Of a stretch of 64,000 bases of DNA, positions 49,586 through 59,980 are shown one piece after another. This stretch comes from Candidatus Heimdallarchaeota archaeon (GTDB taxonomy: Archaea; Asgardarchaeota; Heimdallarchaeia; Heimdallarchaeales; Kariarchaeaceae). The stretch spans positions 393,142-457,141 of the forward strand of contig JASBSB010000001.1 of NCBI GenBank assembly GCA_030149205.1, written 5' to 3'. The notes under the pieces were generated by a model. The model ran no database searches and had not been told where the DNA came from. It saw only the letters and a list, made by a program, of their open reading frames with translations. Made by a program: the position numbers and the translations under genes. How positions within the stretch are numbered: position 1 is the first letter of the stretch; each line of letters opens with the position of its first letter.

Positions 49586-52233
49586 ACAATAATGTAGGGA
49601 ACAATGACCCAGAAGAGAACAATAAAACTGAACCCAAAGGTAAAAAAATTGAAGCCTCATCAGAAGGGGAAAAGATTGATGAAACTACAGAGGAGCCTTC
49701 AAAACAAAATGCTGGAATCGAAACTAATACAAACGCTTCTTCAGAACCTCTTGACAGTTCAGACAGTAATACAGAAACGATAAAAGACTCACCTATAATT
49801 AGCGACACTAACCAACCGACTGATTCGAAGAAGGATGTAAGCAAGTTAGATCAAGAACATGATAATGAAGAAAAGAATCAAACTGAACTTAAGGGAGGGG
49901 ATGAGAGTACTCCATCATCACAGAATGATAAAAACTCCACTGGAGGGTCGTTCTTACAAAGCCTTGGTTCAGTAGGCAATATTTTACCTTTTCAGGTTAG
50001 AAAGTCAAAGCCTGAAGATTTAAGTCCGCAGGATCAAATAGAGGCTGCGATTAACGAAACAAAACAAAATGTACCTAAATTCTACTCAAAGACAAATTTT
50101 TCAGAAAAAACCAGGTTTCAGAAATTCAGAATAGCTACATATAAGTCTCTCTCTCTCTCGTTAATACCATTATTGATTATCTTGATCGGATTATCTTTTA
50201 ATTTGCATGCGATTCAAGGAACAGTCTTTGTCGACAACACACGTCAATACTCGACAAACTCTATTCAATATTCTAACAAATTAGCAACGCAACTAAATAA
50301 TGAATACTCAAGCTTCATAAGTTCTATTGAGAGTGAATTTCGGAACCTAAAATTTAACATTGCGAGCGATCCAACAACCTATGATATCCAAAGTTTTTCG
50401 GTTAATGAAACCGGTGCCACTCCGAACCCTCAGTTCAGCACGAAATATAACAAGATTGTTGATTATAGTGTATCTGCTTGGCAATTGTTAGCAAAACACA
50501 ATAGAACGAAATCTGTAAATGATACAGTACAACTAACTGCCCAATTTGACCCATACTTTATGACCACATACAATAAAGTTAAGGAAATTCTCTGGATAAG
50601 ATTAATTCTCGATAACGGGGTTGTACGGACTTACCCTCATTTACCAGATAATTCCTCAAATACTAACTTCCAAGCACTTCAGTGGTTCAATAAAACTAAA
50701 TCAGCATTCAGTTTCGATACATTTGTAACAGGCCTAGAAGTTGATAATATTACATCAAAATTGATTTATTCAATAACAAGTCCATATTTTAAGAATGGAA
50801 TAAAATTGGGTGTTTTGCAAGCTTCAATTGATGTAGTAGAACTAAAACAACAATTTAATTTGTTAAAGGGTAAAGGGATTACCCCCTTTTTGATGACAAA
50901 GGCTGGCCAAGGAGTCTATCATCCGAAACTTTCACTTAAGCAATTTGGTTGGAATAATAATGAGTTAAACCAGAGTATCTTAAAAATTGACCCAGTTATC
51001 AATGAGATAAATCGAACTAAAAATATCATTGGGTTAACAAACCAATTAAATGGGAGTGTTTCAGTAAATACTGTAGGTGTAACATATTGGATATTTCCGA
51101 TTACTAACACTGGTCAAGTTTTAGGACTTTACTTAGAACTTTCAACCACTCCAGTAAAGTCTCAATTCGATAGTTTTCAATTACTTGCACTCCCAATTGG
51201 AGTAGCTGTTATCCTTCTAGTTTCTATTGTTGGATTACAATTACAATCTGGATTAATTAAAATAGATAATCTTGAAAAATCGCTTAAAAGGTTTAGAAGG
51301 GCTACTAAAATTGAAGGGATATCAAATAGATTAAGGGATACCCTTACTCAAATGAGTACAGAAAATATAATTGACAAAACTGGATCAAGGGCAGAGAAGT
51401 TAATCAAAGAGAAAGGAAAAGATGCAAGAGAAAATGTGGAAGGTGAAATTTCAAGAGGTTTGGAAAAGGTGTCTTCAAACATTGATAAAGGTAAATCTAT
51501 GATCCTTGAAGAGGAAGATACCAATCTTGTTGAGGTAATTGAAAAGGATAAAATTTTGACAAAAATATTAGAATCGCTGGAAGAAAATCCGTACTTATTC
51601 CTTCAAAACAGGATAAAAATGAAGAATATCAATATTGAGGATATAAAAAATGAAAACTATTCCTCTTTAAAAAGCCTAGTTACAGGTGCAGAGAAGCTTT
51701 TAATAGCATTAATTGTAGGGCGAAGAATTGATATAGCCAAAATTTCTGATTCCTGTGAGATGAATGGAGAACAGCTAAGCGGGTTTTTCACCAGCCTCCC
51801 TCTAAATCTTGGAATCACGTTGTCAGAAGATCAAAAATCGATCATGGTAGAACAAAAATTGTTATTGGAAAACATTGAATCATTTACTTTGTACTTCAAT
51901 AAATTCCTCAAAAACCCTAAAAAATACCTTAAACTGTCAACTAGTAATAATGTTGAAAAAATAGATAAAGTTAAATCTCAAATAGAAAAGTTCTATTCCA
52001 CAATCCAAGAAAGAAACTCCATTTCATTAGATGAACTTTCAGAGATATTTCAACTCCATAAGAAACAAATAATTGAAATTTTTAGTCAGTTGAGTTCCGA
52101 CAAAAAATTTGGAATTAATTTAGAAGAAAAAACTTTGAGTATTGATGAAGATAAATTCAAATCTAACCTCTTGGACTTTGTTAAAAAATTCACTTTGATA
52201 GTAGTCACAAGATACTCTTTTATCTCCGCTTAA
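49582..52233 (+). CDS. large membrane protein: acidic low-complexity N-tail, two TM helices around an extracytoplasmic domain, coiled-coil C-terminus; third gene of the vWA operon
   Basis: The N-terminal ~150 aa are D/E/S/T/N-rich. TM at about aa 190-215 and aa 535-560. The C-terminal 300 aa are K/E-rich helical. Confidence 0.45.
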   Translation: MNNNVGNNDPEENNKTEPKGKKIEASSEGEKIDETTEEPSKQNAGIETNTNASSEPLDSSDSNTETIKDSPIISDTNQPTDSKKDVSKLDQEHDNEEKNQTELKGGDESTPSSQNDKNSTGGSFLQSLGSVGNILPFQVRKSKPEDLSPQDQIEAAINETKQNVPKFYSKTNFSEKTRFQKFRIATYKSLSLSLIPLLIILIGLSFNLHAIQGTVFVDNTRQYSTNSIQYSNKLATQLNNEYSSFISSIESEFRNLKFNIASDPTTYDIQSFSVNETGATPNPQFSTKYNKIVDYSVSAWQLLAKHNRTKSVNDTVQLTAQFDPYFMTTYNKVKEILWIRLILDNGVVRTYPHLPDNSSNTNFQALQWFNKTKSAFSFDTFVTGLEVDNITSKLIYSITSPYFKNGIKLGVLQASIDVVELKQQFNLLKGKGITPFLMTKAGQGVYHPKLSLKQFGWNNNELNQSILKIDPVINEINRTKNIIGLTNQLNGSVSVNTVGVTYWIFPITNTGQVLGLYLELSTTPVKSQFDSFQLLALPIGVAVILLVSIVGLQLQSGLIKIDNLEKSLKRFRRATKIEGISNRLRDTLTQMSTENIIDKTGSRAEKLIKEKGKDARENVEGEISRGLEKVSSNIDKGKSMILEEEDTNLVEVIEKDKILTKILESLEENPYLFLQNRIKMKNINIEDIKNENYSSLKSLVTGAEKLLIALIVGRRIDIAKISDSCEMNGEQLSGFFTSLPLNLGITLSEDQKSIMVEQKLLLENIESFTLYFNKFLKNPKKYLKLSTSNNVEKIDKVKSQIEKFYSTIQERNSISLDELSEIFQLHKKQIIEIFSQLSSDKKFGINLEEKTLSIDEDKFKSNLLDFVKKFTLIVVTRYSFISA

Positions 52234-52359
52234 TACTATTTAACATTGAATATCAATCACATATAAGGTGAAAGAGAATTGGTCAAGACTAAAACCTCAA
52301 ATTATTCCTTCAAGTAAGACTATATCAGAAATTTTGAGTTAGAATGAATTTTTTCTGAT

Positions 52360-53213
52360 TAGTTACGAAATAACTCAAAGTGGTTTAAGTAGCACCAACA
52401 TCATAGCTAAAGCTAAAAAAGGCGATAGTTCATATAAATTGGTTGTTCGAATTGAACGAGCTGAACTAACTTGTCAAATTATTTTTAGTGTATATAGGCT
52501 TTTAAAAGAAATTTGAGTTTCTTCCGAGGATATTTTAGGCAAACTGTAATCTCATTAGTTCTTTTATGAACCCATATTCTGTTTGGGATTTCTTTCCTGA
52601 AATTGAACTCCACAGAATAAATTACATACAAAATTTATAACTTCTCAAGAAAATTGGCTCAGTATTGGGAGAAATTCATAGCATAGAGTTCGGCAAAAGC
52701 GGATTTTTACAAATCAGAATCTAAAAATTATGAATTTTTCATTGAGTGAAAACAATATCCCCCATATTGCTGAACAATTTATCAACAATATCCCAATACT
52801 TAAATCAGATTTTAAAATTAAAGTAAAGGATTGGCTAATTTAGCAGAAAGGTCTTTTAAGCTCTGTTAATCCTATCAACTCACTAGTGGGTGATGATTTC
52901 AATGAACATAATATTCTGATGTCAGATGATGAGATAGAAAATATTTGGGTCATTGATTTGGAATTTTGTTTTTCAGGAAGTATTTATTGGGATATTGGAA
53001 ATTTTTTTAGAATTTTTAAAAATGTGAATTCTGAACAACTACTTTACTTCGAATCAGGTTATCGAGAATCTGGAAAGATTACCAAATGAATGGATCATGA
53101 TTGCAAAAATAAATGACCTAATAACATTGCTCAGTCTGTTGGAATATTCTTATGTCGATCAACAAAGAGTTGATGATGTTATGGTAATTCTTGGAAGGTA
53201 CATATCATATTAG
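52360..53213 (+). pseudogene. decayed aminoglycoside-phosphotransferase/choline-kinase-like (APH/ChoK fold) kinase gene
   Basis: Three frames together spell a kinase. N-lobe-like ...KKGDSSYKLVVRIE..., then catalytic-loop-like LVGDDFNEHNILM and IDLEFCFSGSIYWDIGNFF, then a C-terminal helical part WIMIAKINDLITLLSLLEYSY. These are interrupted by stops and frameshifts. Only a 67-aa ORF (52886-53089) survives. Confidence 0.55.
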
Positions 53214-53282
53214 AGCCTGAATTAGGTGATCACTCTTAATCAATAAGTAATGGTTTTTATTTACAGTTATTAATTAAATTTA

Positions 53283-54509
53283 TTGAAAATTGCACTTTTT
53301 AGAAGACCTGACACTGTACATATCATTCGGATGGCAAAAAGGTTTAATGAATTAGGTCATGAGGTTGTTTTGATATATTTTAAAAGAAAGAGAGACGAAA
53401 TAGATTATGATCTTCCCGAGCTGTCTAAACGTGGAGTTAAAATAGTATCAGCTTTTGAGCCATTAAGTGCAAATGCAGCAACACGTCTACTTAGGTATCT
53501 GATCAGAAGATTTGGTGGAAAGATTGGAGAGAAATTTGGTGAAATGGTTATTCACAAACAGATCGCTAAGAGCCTCGATTCAATATTGCTTGATGAAAAG
53601 CCTGATATCCTATTAGCCTACTCGATTCAATTTTACGGTCAAATCTTGGCTTACACTAACTTTCAACCCACCTCAATCTATATTATTGGAAGTGATTTTT
53701 ATCAACAAAACCCTGCTAGCATTAGTGAATATAAACGATGCTTGCAAAAATGTACCATAATTCAAGGTCCACATATGCAATTTTTTGATGATTTAAAACA
53801 AATTTATGATGTTGATGATTCAAAATTCAAAGTAACCATTGATGGAATTGATAATGAAATATTCAACTATAACAAACTATCACCTAAATTTGAGGAACTT
53901 AAAAAAAAGTTTGGCATACCTCTTAATAAAAAGGTTATTTTAAGTCCAAGGTCTCTTTCCCCTATTTATAATTGGGAGGTTCTACTCCAGGCTTTTGCGA
54001 AAGCCTCTAGTATACATAGTAAATTTCACCTATATCTTCTAAGTGGATATACTAAAAATAGTAATATATCAAAAGCAAAACGTTTGATTAAGCTTAATGG
54101 ATTAAACGATAAGGTTAGTCTTAATAGCAACTTCTTATCTAGTTATGAATTAGCTGAAATTAATTTAATCTCAGATTTTTGTGTATCAATCCCAAAAACG
54201 GACATGTTAGGATATTCAATCATTGAATGTATGGTAATGAAATCTTTGCCTATCCTTGGTGAATTAGAAAATTACCACTATTTTTATGGTGATGATGCAA
54301 TTTACACAAAAAAAGATATTCCCAGCTTAAAAATGACCTTTCAAAATCTGCCCAATCTTTCATCTGTCGACTATAAAAGAATGGTTGAAAATAACTATCT
54401 AAAGGCTTTAAAACTCGATTGGCGAGTTACTATGAAAAAAACCATCGAAATATATGAAGATGTTGTTAAATCCTATAAACAAACGAAGAACATGAACTTT
54501 ACAGGTTAA
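53283..54509 (+). CDS. GT-B fold glycosyltransferase (GT4-like)
   Basis: Two-domain layout with a C-terminal donor-binding region containing an E-x7-E-like motif (GYSIIECMVMKSLPILGELE). TTG start. Confidence 0.4.
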   Translation: MKIALFRRPDTVHIIRMAKRFNELGHEVVLIYFKRKRDEIDYDLPELSKRGVKIVSAFEPLSANAATRLLRYLIRRFGGKIGEKFGEMVIHKQIAKSLDSILLDEKPDILLAYSIQFYGQILAYTNFQPTSIYIIGSDFYQQNPASISEYKRCLQKCTIIQGPHMQFFDDLKQIYDVDDSKFKVTIDGIDNEIFNYNKLSPKFEELKKKFGIPLNKKVILSPRSLSPIYNWEVLLQAFAKASSIHSKFHLYLLSGYTKNSNISKAKRLIKLNGLNDKVSLNSNFLSSYELAEINLISDFCVSIPKTDMLGYSIIECMVMKSLPILGELENYHYFYGDDAIYTKKDIPSLKMTFQNLPNLSSVDYKRMVENNYLKALKLDWRVTMKKTIEIYEDVVKSYKQTKNMNFTG

Positions 54510-54536
54510 AATCAAAAAACATGGCTTCTTTACGCA

Positions 54537-55724
54537 TCACTCCTCTTGTGGGTCATAGGCTTTTCCAATGGCCTTAGGAGGTCTTGTTTTTCCCATAAAC
54601 CCAGCGAGTGCAAAGAGTGCAATCAAAAAGGGCAAAGACCTTATTAATGGACCAGGGACACTACTGTCCAGTAATCCGGGTGTTGTAGGTAGAGCAATGC
54701 TAATGGCATAAAAGTATCCAAAAAAGAAACCTGCAGCAATTGCACCTAAGATAGTCCAATTCCCAAAAATCATTGCAACCAATCCGATAAATCCCTGACC
54801 TAAGGTCATGTTTTCTTGAAATAGACCGGTCTCCATTGCCAATACTGTGCCTCCTAAACCAGCAAACATTGCTGAGAGGATAACAGCAAAATATTGATAT
54901 TTTCGAACCGGAATTCCGGCAGTGGCTGCAGTGTGGGGACTTTCTCCGATGGAACGAATGCGCAGTCCAATATTTGTTTTAAACAAAAAAATATTAGCCA
55001 GTGGTAGTAACAAGACAGCAAAATAAATTAGAAAGCTATGTCCATTTATAAGTTCCAATGGATCCGGAATAAGTTTTAAAATATCTCCTAAAACAGGTAC
55101 TCCGAAATACCTACTAAATCTAAGTAAACCAATATATGGACCTAATACAGGGAGTGAGTAAATGTCAATTATTGGTAGAGTGGTGATTGGATCAGAGCGA
55201 CCAGGTCTCCAAATTAAAGTTGTTAATGTGTTTGTCAACCCTAGAGCGATCAGATTAATTGCAACACCTGTGACAATTTGCTCTGACTTTAGAGTAACTG
55301 TGAAGAAAGCATGAACCAGACCTGTGAGACCACTGATTAATATTCCCCCAAGAACACCTATAAATGGATTGTTAAATACCCATGTGAAATAAACTGACCC
55401 CCAAGCTCCAACCAGCATGACTCCTTCAACACCGATATTAATTACACCTGACCGCTCGTTAAATGCTGCACCAACAGCGACCAAAACAATTGGTAATCCA
55501 AGGATTAGTGTTTGACTCAGCGTTCGTGTTGCAAAGATAGTCTCCCACATTTGGTAATGGTAACCAAGTATATCTGGTAAAGCCCCACCATTCACAACAA
55601 TAATCACGGAATTAAAGATGTAAAAAGAGAGTGTAAATAATTCATAGAGGAATAAGAACCAAAATATCTTTCTTGAATATTTACCCTTGATAGGTACAAA
55701 TGAATTAATTTTCTTGATATCCAT
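54537..55724 (-). CDS. ABC transporter permease (BMP/nucleoside-sugar uptake system, second permease)
   Basis: About 9-10 TM helices. Directly follows and overlaps by 1 nt the other permease gene. Confidence 0.65.
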   Translation of the reverse strand: MDIKKINSFVPIKGKYSRKIFWFLFLYELFTLSFYIFNSVIIVVNGGALPDILGYHYQMWETIFATRTLSQTLILGLPIVLVAVGAAFNERSGVINIGVEGVMLVGAWGSVYFTWVFNNPFIGVLGGILISGLTGLVHAFFTVTLKSEQIVTGVAINLIALGLTNTLTTLIWRPGRSDPITTLPIIDIYSLPVLGPYIGLLRFSRYFGVPVLGDILKLIPDPLELINGHSFLIYFAVLLLPLANIFLFKTNIGLRIRSIGESPHTAATAGIPVRKYQYFAVILSAMFAGLGGTVLAMETGLFQENMTLGQGFIGLVAMIFGNWTILGAIAAGFFFGYFYAISIALPTTPGLLDSSVPGPLIRSLPFLIALFALAGFMGKTRPPKAIGKAYDPQEE

Positions 55725-56890
55725 CAGGTGCTATCCTCCTTAATTTCAATGATTTGAGTTTTATTAAACCTTTGAAATTTATTAATTACGATTCGTGATA
55801 GGTAAGGAGCTGCAACAAATAAAACAACAAGTGCCTGAAATACGAAAATTAAATCTGACGGAATATTAGTTGAAGTATCCAAATTCAATCTGGCTTGTTG
55901 TAAAAATCCAAAGAAGAATGCAGCAAGAATAATACCAAAAGGATTATTTAATCCAATAAGAGAAACAGCTATCCCATCAAATCCCAGTGTCCCTTCGATC
56001 CCTATACTGTATCGTGGAACTGAGGAGCTTTGAACCAGCAATATGCCTGCCAGACCTGCAAGTGCTCCTGAAATAGTCATTGTAATAATGGTGATTCGAT
56101 CAGATTTAATCCCATTGGCCTCAGCAGCATGTTTATTCAATCCAACCGCTCTTATCTTAAAACCCAAACGAGTGTAAAACAACACAAAATACATTAAAAC
56201 CGCGATCAATACGGTTACAAGTAATCCATACGTCACAGATTGCGAGAATGCGGGAAAAATCGGAGATAAGGTTGCTGACTTACTGATCAATTCTGTTTGA
56301 CCATAAGCGTCAACTTTTGTTCTATCAACAAATGGAGAGTATGTTCGGGATCCAACCAAATATTGAGCTATATTTAGTGCTAAAATATTTAATAGAATCG
56401 TGGTTATGACCTCATGTGCCTCATATTTTGCTCTCATATATCCAGGAAGAAATCCATAAATTCCCCCAAAAATTGCACCTATCAACATCGTTGTTGGCAC
56501 CATGAACAAAGGAAAATTCAAGAATGGAAGGTTTTTTGGAACAATACTAGCCGCCCAAATAGCACCAGCTAATCCACCGATAATAAATTGACCTTGACCT
56601 CCAATGTTGAAAAGTCCACCTTGGAATGCAATTGCAACTGCTAGTGCAGTCAAGATTAAAGGTCCACCCCAAAAAAGAATACCACTTAATCCATCTTGAG
56701 TAAAGAATACCTGATATACGCCATATTTAAACAGAGCATCCACTGGCAATGCAAAACCAAACGTAAGTAGAATGAAATACAGAACCATGAGAGATAGAAA
56801 CGAAAATACTAATGATATAAAAATGATTTGTAAAGAGTTGAATATACCTTTTGTTTTAAGAATTCCAACCTGTAATCCTGAAGTACTCAT
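55724..56890 (-). CDS. ABC transporter permease (BMP/nucleoside-sugar uptake system, first permease)
   Basis: Polytopic membrane protein immediately downstream of the tandem ATPase gene. Branched-chain/ribose-type permease architecture. Confidence 0.65.
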   Translation of the reverse strand: MSTSGLQVGILKTKGIFNSLQIIFISLVFSFLSLMVLYFILLTFGFALPVDALFKYGVYQVFFTQDGLSGILFWGGPLILTALAVAIAFQGGLFNIGGQGQFIIGGLAGAIWAASIVPKNLPFLNFPLFMVPTTMLIGAIFGGIYGFLPGYMRAKYEAHEVITTILLNILALNIAQYLVGSRTYSPFVDRTKVDAYGQTELISKSATLSPIFPAFSQSVTYGLLVTVLIAVLMYFVLFYTRLGFKIRAVGLNKHAAEANGIKSDRITIITMTISGALAGLAGILLVQSSSVPRYSIGIEGTLGFDGIAVSLIGLNNPFGIILAAFFFGFLQQARLNLDTSTNIPSDLIFVFQALVVLFVAAPYLSRIVINKFQRFNKTQIIEIKEDST

Positions 56891-56891
56891 G

Positions 56892-58532
56892 TTATTTCCC
56901 TCCCTTTCCAGTTGTCATCAGAAGAGACAGTTTCTGCAGTTCTACTTCCTCTCTACTTAGTTCAGCAACAATTTCCCCTTCAAACATCACAATTAATCGA
57001 TCAGAAAGTTTGAGAACTTCATCTAAATCTGCACTAATCAATAACACACCAGATCCATTGTTTCGAAGATTTATAAGCTCTTCATGAACTTGTTCCATAA
57101 CACCTATATCAACACCTCTGGTTGGTTGACTTGCAATTACAAGATTTGGAGTTTTACTTAATTCTCTTCCAATTATCACCTTTTGTTGGTTTCCTCCACT
57201 TAAGTTCTTAGTTAAGATTTTGGAATTAGGTGCTTTTATATCGTAGGCCTTGATAATTTTCTTAGAAATATCTTCCATTAATTTTTTTGGAAGAATATAT
57301 CCTTTATTCAAAGATTCTCTGTTTTCATTATCCTTTATGAATTGATGTGCCTGTTCAACATTTGAGTGGTAGGCTAACCAGACATTTTCCGCAATTGAAA
57401 AATTATCTATCAAACCATGTAAATTTCTATCCTCAGGAATAAATCCAATTCCAGAATTTAAACGATTAAGAGTTGATAACGAGTTAAGGCTAATTGGAAC
57501 TTCGTTGTTTTTTGAATAATAAAAGATGTTTCCTGCTGTTTCCTTTAATAATCCAATCAATATCATTGAGAGTTCTGTCTGACCATTTCCCTCAACTCCT
57601 GCTACTCCTAGAATTTCTCCCGTTCTGAGTTCAAATTCTAAGTTTTTTATAATTGGAACATCATTCATTTCATAATTTAGTGATTGAACCGCTAATAACA
57701 ATTTCTTAGATTTTATCAGTTCTCTATGAATTCTTGAGAGCAACTTGCGACCAACTACTAAATTTGCAAGAATAGATTCGTCAACATTCTGAGGAAAAAC
57801 TTCTGAAACTATCTCTCCTTTGCGAATTACAATTATTCGATCAGCTATATGTAACGGTTCTTTTAGCTTGTGAGAGATGAAGACAATAGACTTTCCAGAC
57901 TTTCGTAATGATGCCATAGTGTTGAACAGTTGATCTACCTCTAAGGGAGTGAGAACCGCAGTGGGCTCATCCAATATCAAAAGGTTAGCCTGACGGTACA
58001 ACTGCTTAAGTATCTCGACCCTTTGTTTGATCCCTACTGGAAGGTCTTCTACTTTTTTACTCGGATCAACAGGAAGTTTAAACTCATTGCTAAGTCTCAT
58101 GATTTCCTCGTTTGTTTTCTCATAGTCCATCAAAATTCTTTGATACCCACTTGAACTTTTGTCCCTTACAAATTCGTAGCCAAGTGTAATATTTTCTCCT
58201 ACTGTAAAAGATTCTACAAGTTGAAAATGCTGGAAAACCATACCTATACCTATGTCTAAGGTTTGTTTCGGTGACTCGAGAAAAACTGGATCTAACCCTT
58301 GAGGAGTCCCATCAGAGAACCAGCCCCTATCAACCTCAATCTTCCCAGAATCTAACCGGTATAATCCATTCAATATTTTCATGAGTGTAGATTTTCCTGC
58401 CCCGTTTTCTCCAAGAATAGCAAGTATTTCTCCAGGAAAAATTTCAAATGAAACTTGTTTTAATGCCTGGACAGAACCAAACGATTTGGAAACATCTGTG
58501 ACCTTCAAAATAGGTTGACTCGTAGAATTCAA
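56892..58532 (-). CDS. ABC transporter ATP-binding protein with duplicated ATPase cassette
   Basis: Two Walker A/ABC-signature sets (GENGAGKST ... LSGGNQQK), as in RbsA/NupA-type importers. Confidence 0.8.
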   Translation of the reverse strand: MNSTSQPILKVTDVSKSFGSVQALKQVSFEIFPGEILAILGENGAGKSTLMKILNGLYRLDSGKIEVDRGWFSDGTPQGLDPVFLESPKQTLDIGIGMVFQHFQLVESFTVGENITLGYEFVRDKSSSGYQRILMDYEKTNEEIMRLSNEFKLPVDPSKKVEDLPVGIKQRVEILKQLYRQANLLILDEPTAVLTPLEVDQLFNTMASLRKSGKSIVFISHKLKEPLHIADRIIVIRKGEIVSEVFPQNVDESILANLVVGRKLLSRIHRELIKSKKLLLAVQSLNYEMNDVPIIKNLEFELRTGEILGVAGVEGNGQTELSMILIGLLKETAGNIFYYSKNNEVPISLNSLSTLNRLNSGIGFIPEDRNLHGLIDNFSIAENVWLAYHSNVEQAHQFIKDNENRESLNKGYILPKKLMEDISKKIIKAYDIKAPNSKILTKNLSGGNQQKVIIGRELSKTPNLVIASQPTRGVDIGVMEQVHEELINLRNNGSGVLLISADLDEVLKLSDRLIVMFEGEIVAELSREEVELQKLSLLMTTGKGGK

Positions 58533-58605
58533 TAGTTGAACTTTGAAAATTTTAATTAAAGCATTGCTCTAAAATTGTAACTTCTCAATAAAAATTTAAG
58601 GTAAT

Positions 58606-59772
58606 TTAATTTTTCTTATATTTTTTCAAGATTGGAATAAGTGCAATTGCAAACACAAATCCAAGAATGTTAAATGGTAAGGGATTTGTTGCTGTTGCAG
58701 TAGTGTTGTAGAAAGACACCTTAAAGCTGGTTGCTGGCGTGTTTGTGGAGGTAGCGCTGACTGTGATTTTTCCATCAATAATCTCTTGTCGAATATTTTG
58801 GGTGATGTTCCATCTTGTTAGGTCGTTTGCAAATAGACCATCTCTTACTGTTTTTGTGTAGTTCATATCAGTTATACCTACACCGTTTTCTTTTAGACCT
58901 AGACTGGTTACACCATTTTTCCATGTTCCATCAACAATCTTGTTGATTTCATTTGAAACAGCCACATCCACTCTCTTGACCATAGAAGTTAAAACATAAC
59001 CGGGTTTGATATAATCTTGATTTGAGTCAACACCAATTGCATAAGCAGTTCCTTTGGGTTTTGTGGCGACTGCATCCATAACACCAACTCCAGTACCTCC
59101 TGCTGCTGCGTAGATAATATCTACACCTTGAGCCAAAAAGTTTAAACCAACAGTTTTACCACCTTGAATATCAGTCCAAGGGATTGAAGGGTTAGGACTG
59201 TATGTTTTGAGAACTGTGATATTAGGATTTATGTATTTTGCACCCTGTGCATACCCAGCTAAGAATTTGTTTATTAATGGGATATCCAATCCTCCAAGGA
59301 ATGCGATCTTATTTGTTTTTGTTGTCATAGCAGCCATTGCACCTGCAAGAAATGAACCTTGTTCTTCTTTAAATACAACAGAATCTACGTTTGGGAGATT
59401 CACAACACTATCAATAATCATGAATTTTTGTGAGGGGTGCTTCGTGGCACTGGCATTTATACCATCAGTGGCTGTGAACCCTACACCTATAACCAGATCG
59501 TAGGTCCCAGCTGCAGCAAAAGTTTCAATGTTCTGTGTAATTTCAGTGATACCTTTTGGTTCTGCCTGTGCAACAGTAATTCCAGAATGAGCGTTTTTTG
59601 CGGCTTCGATTCCTCTGAAAGCAGCATCATTAAATGATCTGTCACCTAAACCTCCAGTGGAATATACAATTGCGATTTTTGCATTTGGCTTCTGAGCTAT
59701 ACTTGGAACAGTGGAGCTAAGAAGGGTTAACACAAAAAATATTGTGAATATTGTTAAGATACTTTTTCTCAT
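58606..59772 (-). CDS. BMP-family (PnrA/Med-like) substrate-binding protein, membrane-anchored
   Basis: N-terminal signal. KIAIVYSTGGLGDRSFNDAAFRGIEAAK is the BMP/PnrA signature. C-terminal hydrophobic anchor plus KKYKKN. Confidence 0.7.
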   Translation of the reverse strand: MRKSILTIFTIFFVLTLLSSTVPSIAQKPNAKIAIVYSTGGLGDRSFNDAAFRGIEAAKNAHSGITVAQAEPKGITEITQNIETFAAAGTYDLVIGVGFTATDGINASATKHPSQKFMIIDSVVNLPNVDSVVFKEEQGSFLAGAMAAMTTKTNKIAFLGGLDIPLINKFLAGYAQGAKYINPNITVLKTYSPNPSIPWTDIQGGKTVGLNFLAQGVDIIYAAAGGTGVGVMDAVATKPKGTAYAIGVDSNQDYIKPGYVLTSMVKRVDVAVSNEINKIVDGTWKNGVTSLGLKENGVGITDMNYTKTVRDGLFANDLTRWNITQNIRQEIIDGKITVSATSTNTPATSFKVSFYNTTATATNPLPFNILGFVFAIALIPILKKYKKN

Positions 59773-59980
59773 CTATTTTTCACCAGCTCAGAAATTCTGA
59801 GCTTAACTGAAGTTTGTCTTTGGATTTATGAACTTATTCCAATAATTTTATTAGAAAATCGAAAAAATTATACCTTCATGAATTAGGTTTCTGAGCTAAA
59901 TTTGCTTCCTATATTATTTTATTTTTTATAGATTAACAACGAACTAGATAATTGTTAGAAAGAATAAACAATTATGTGTG

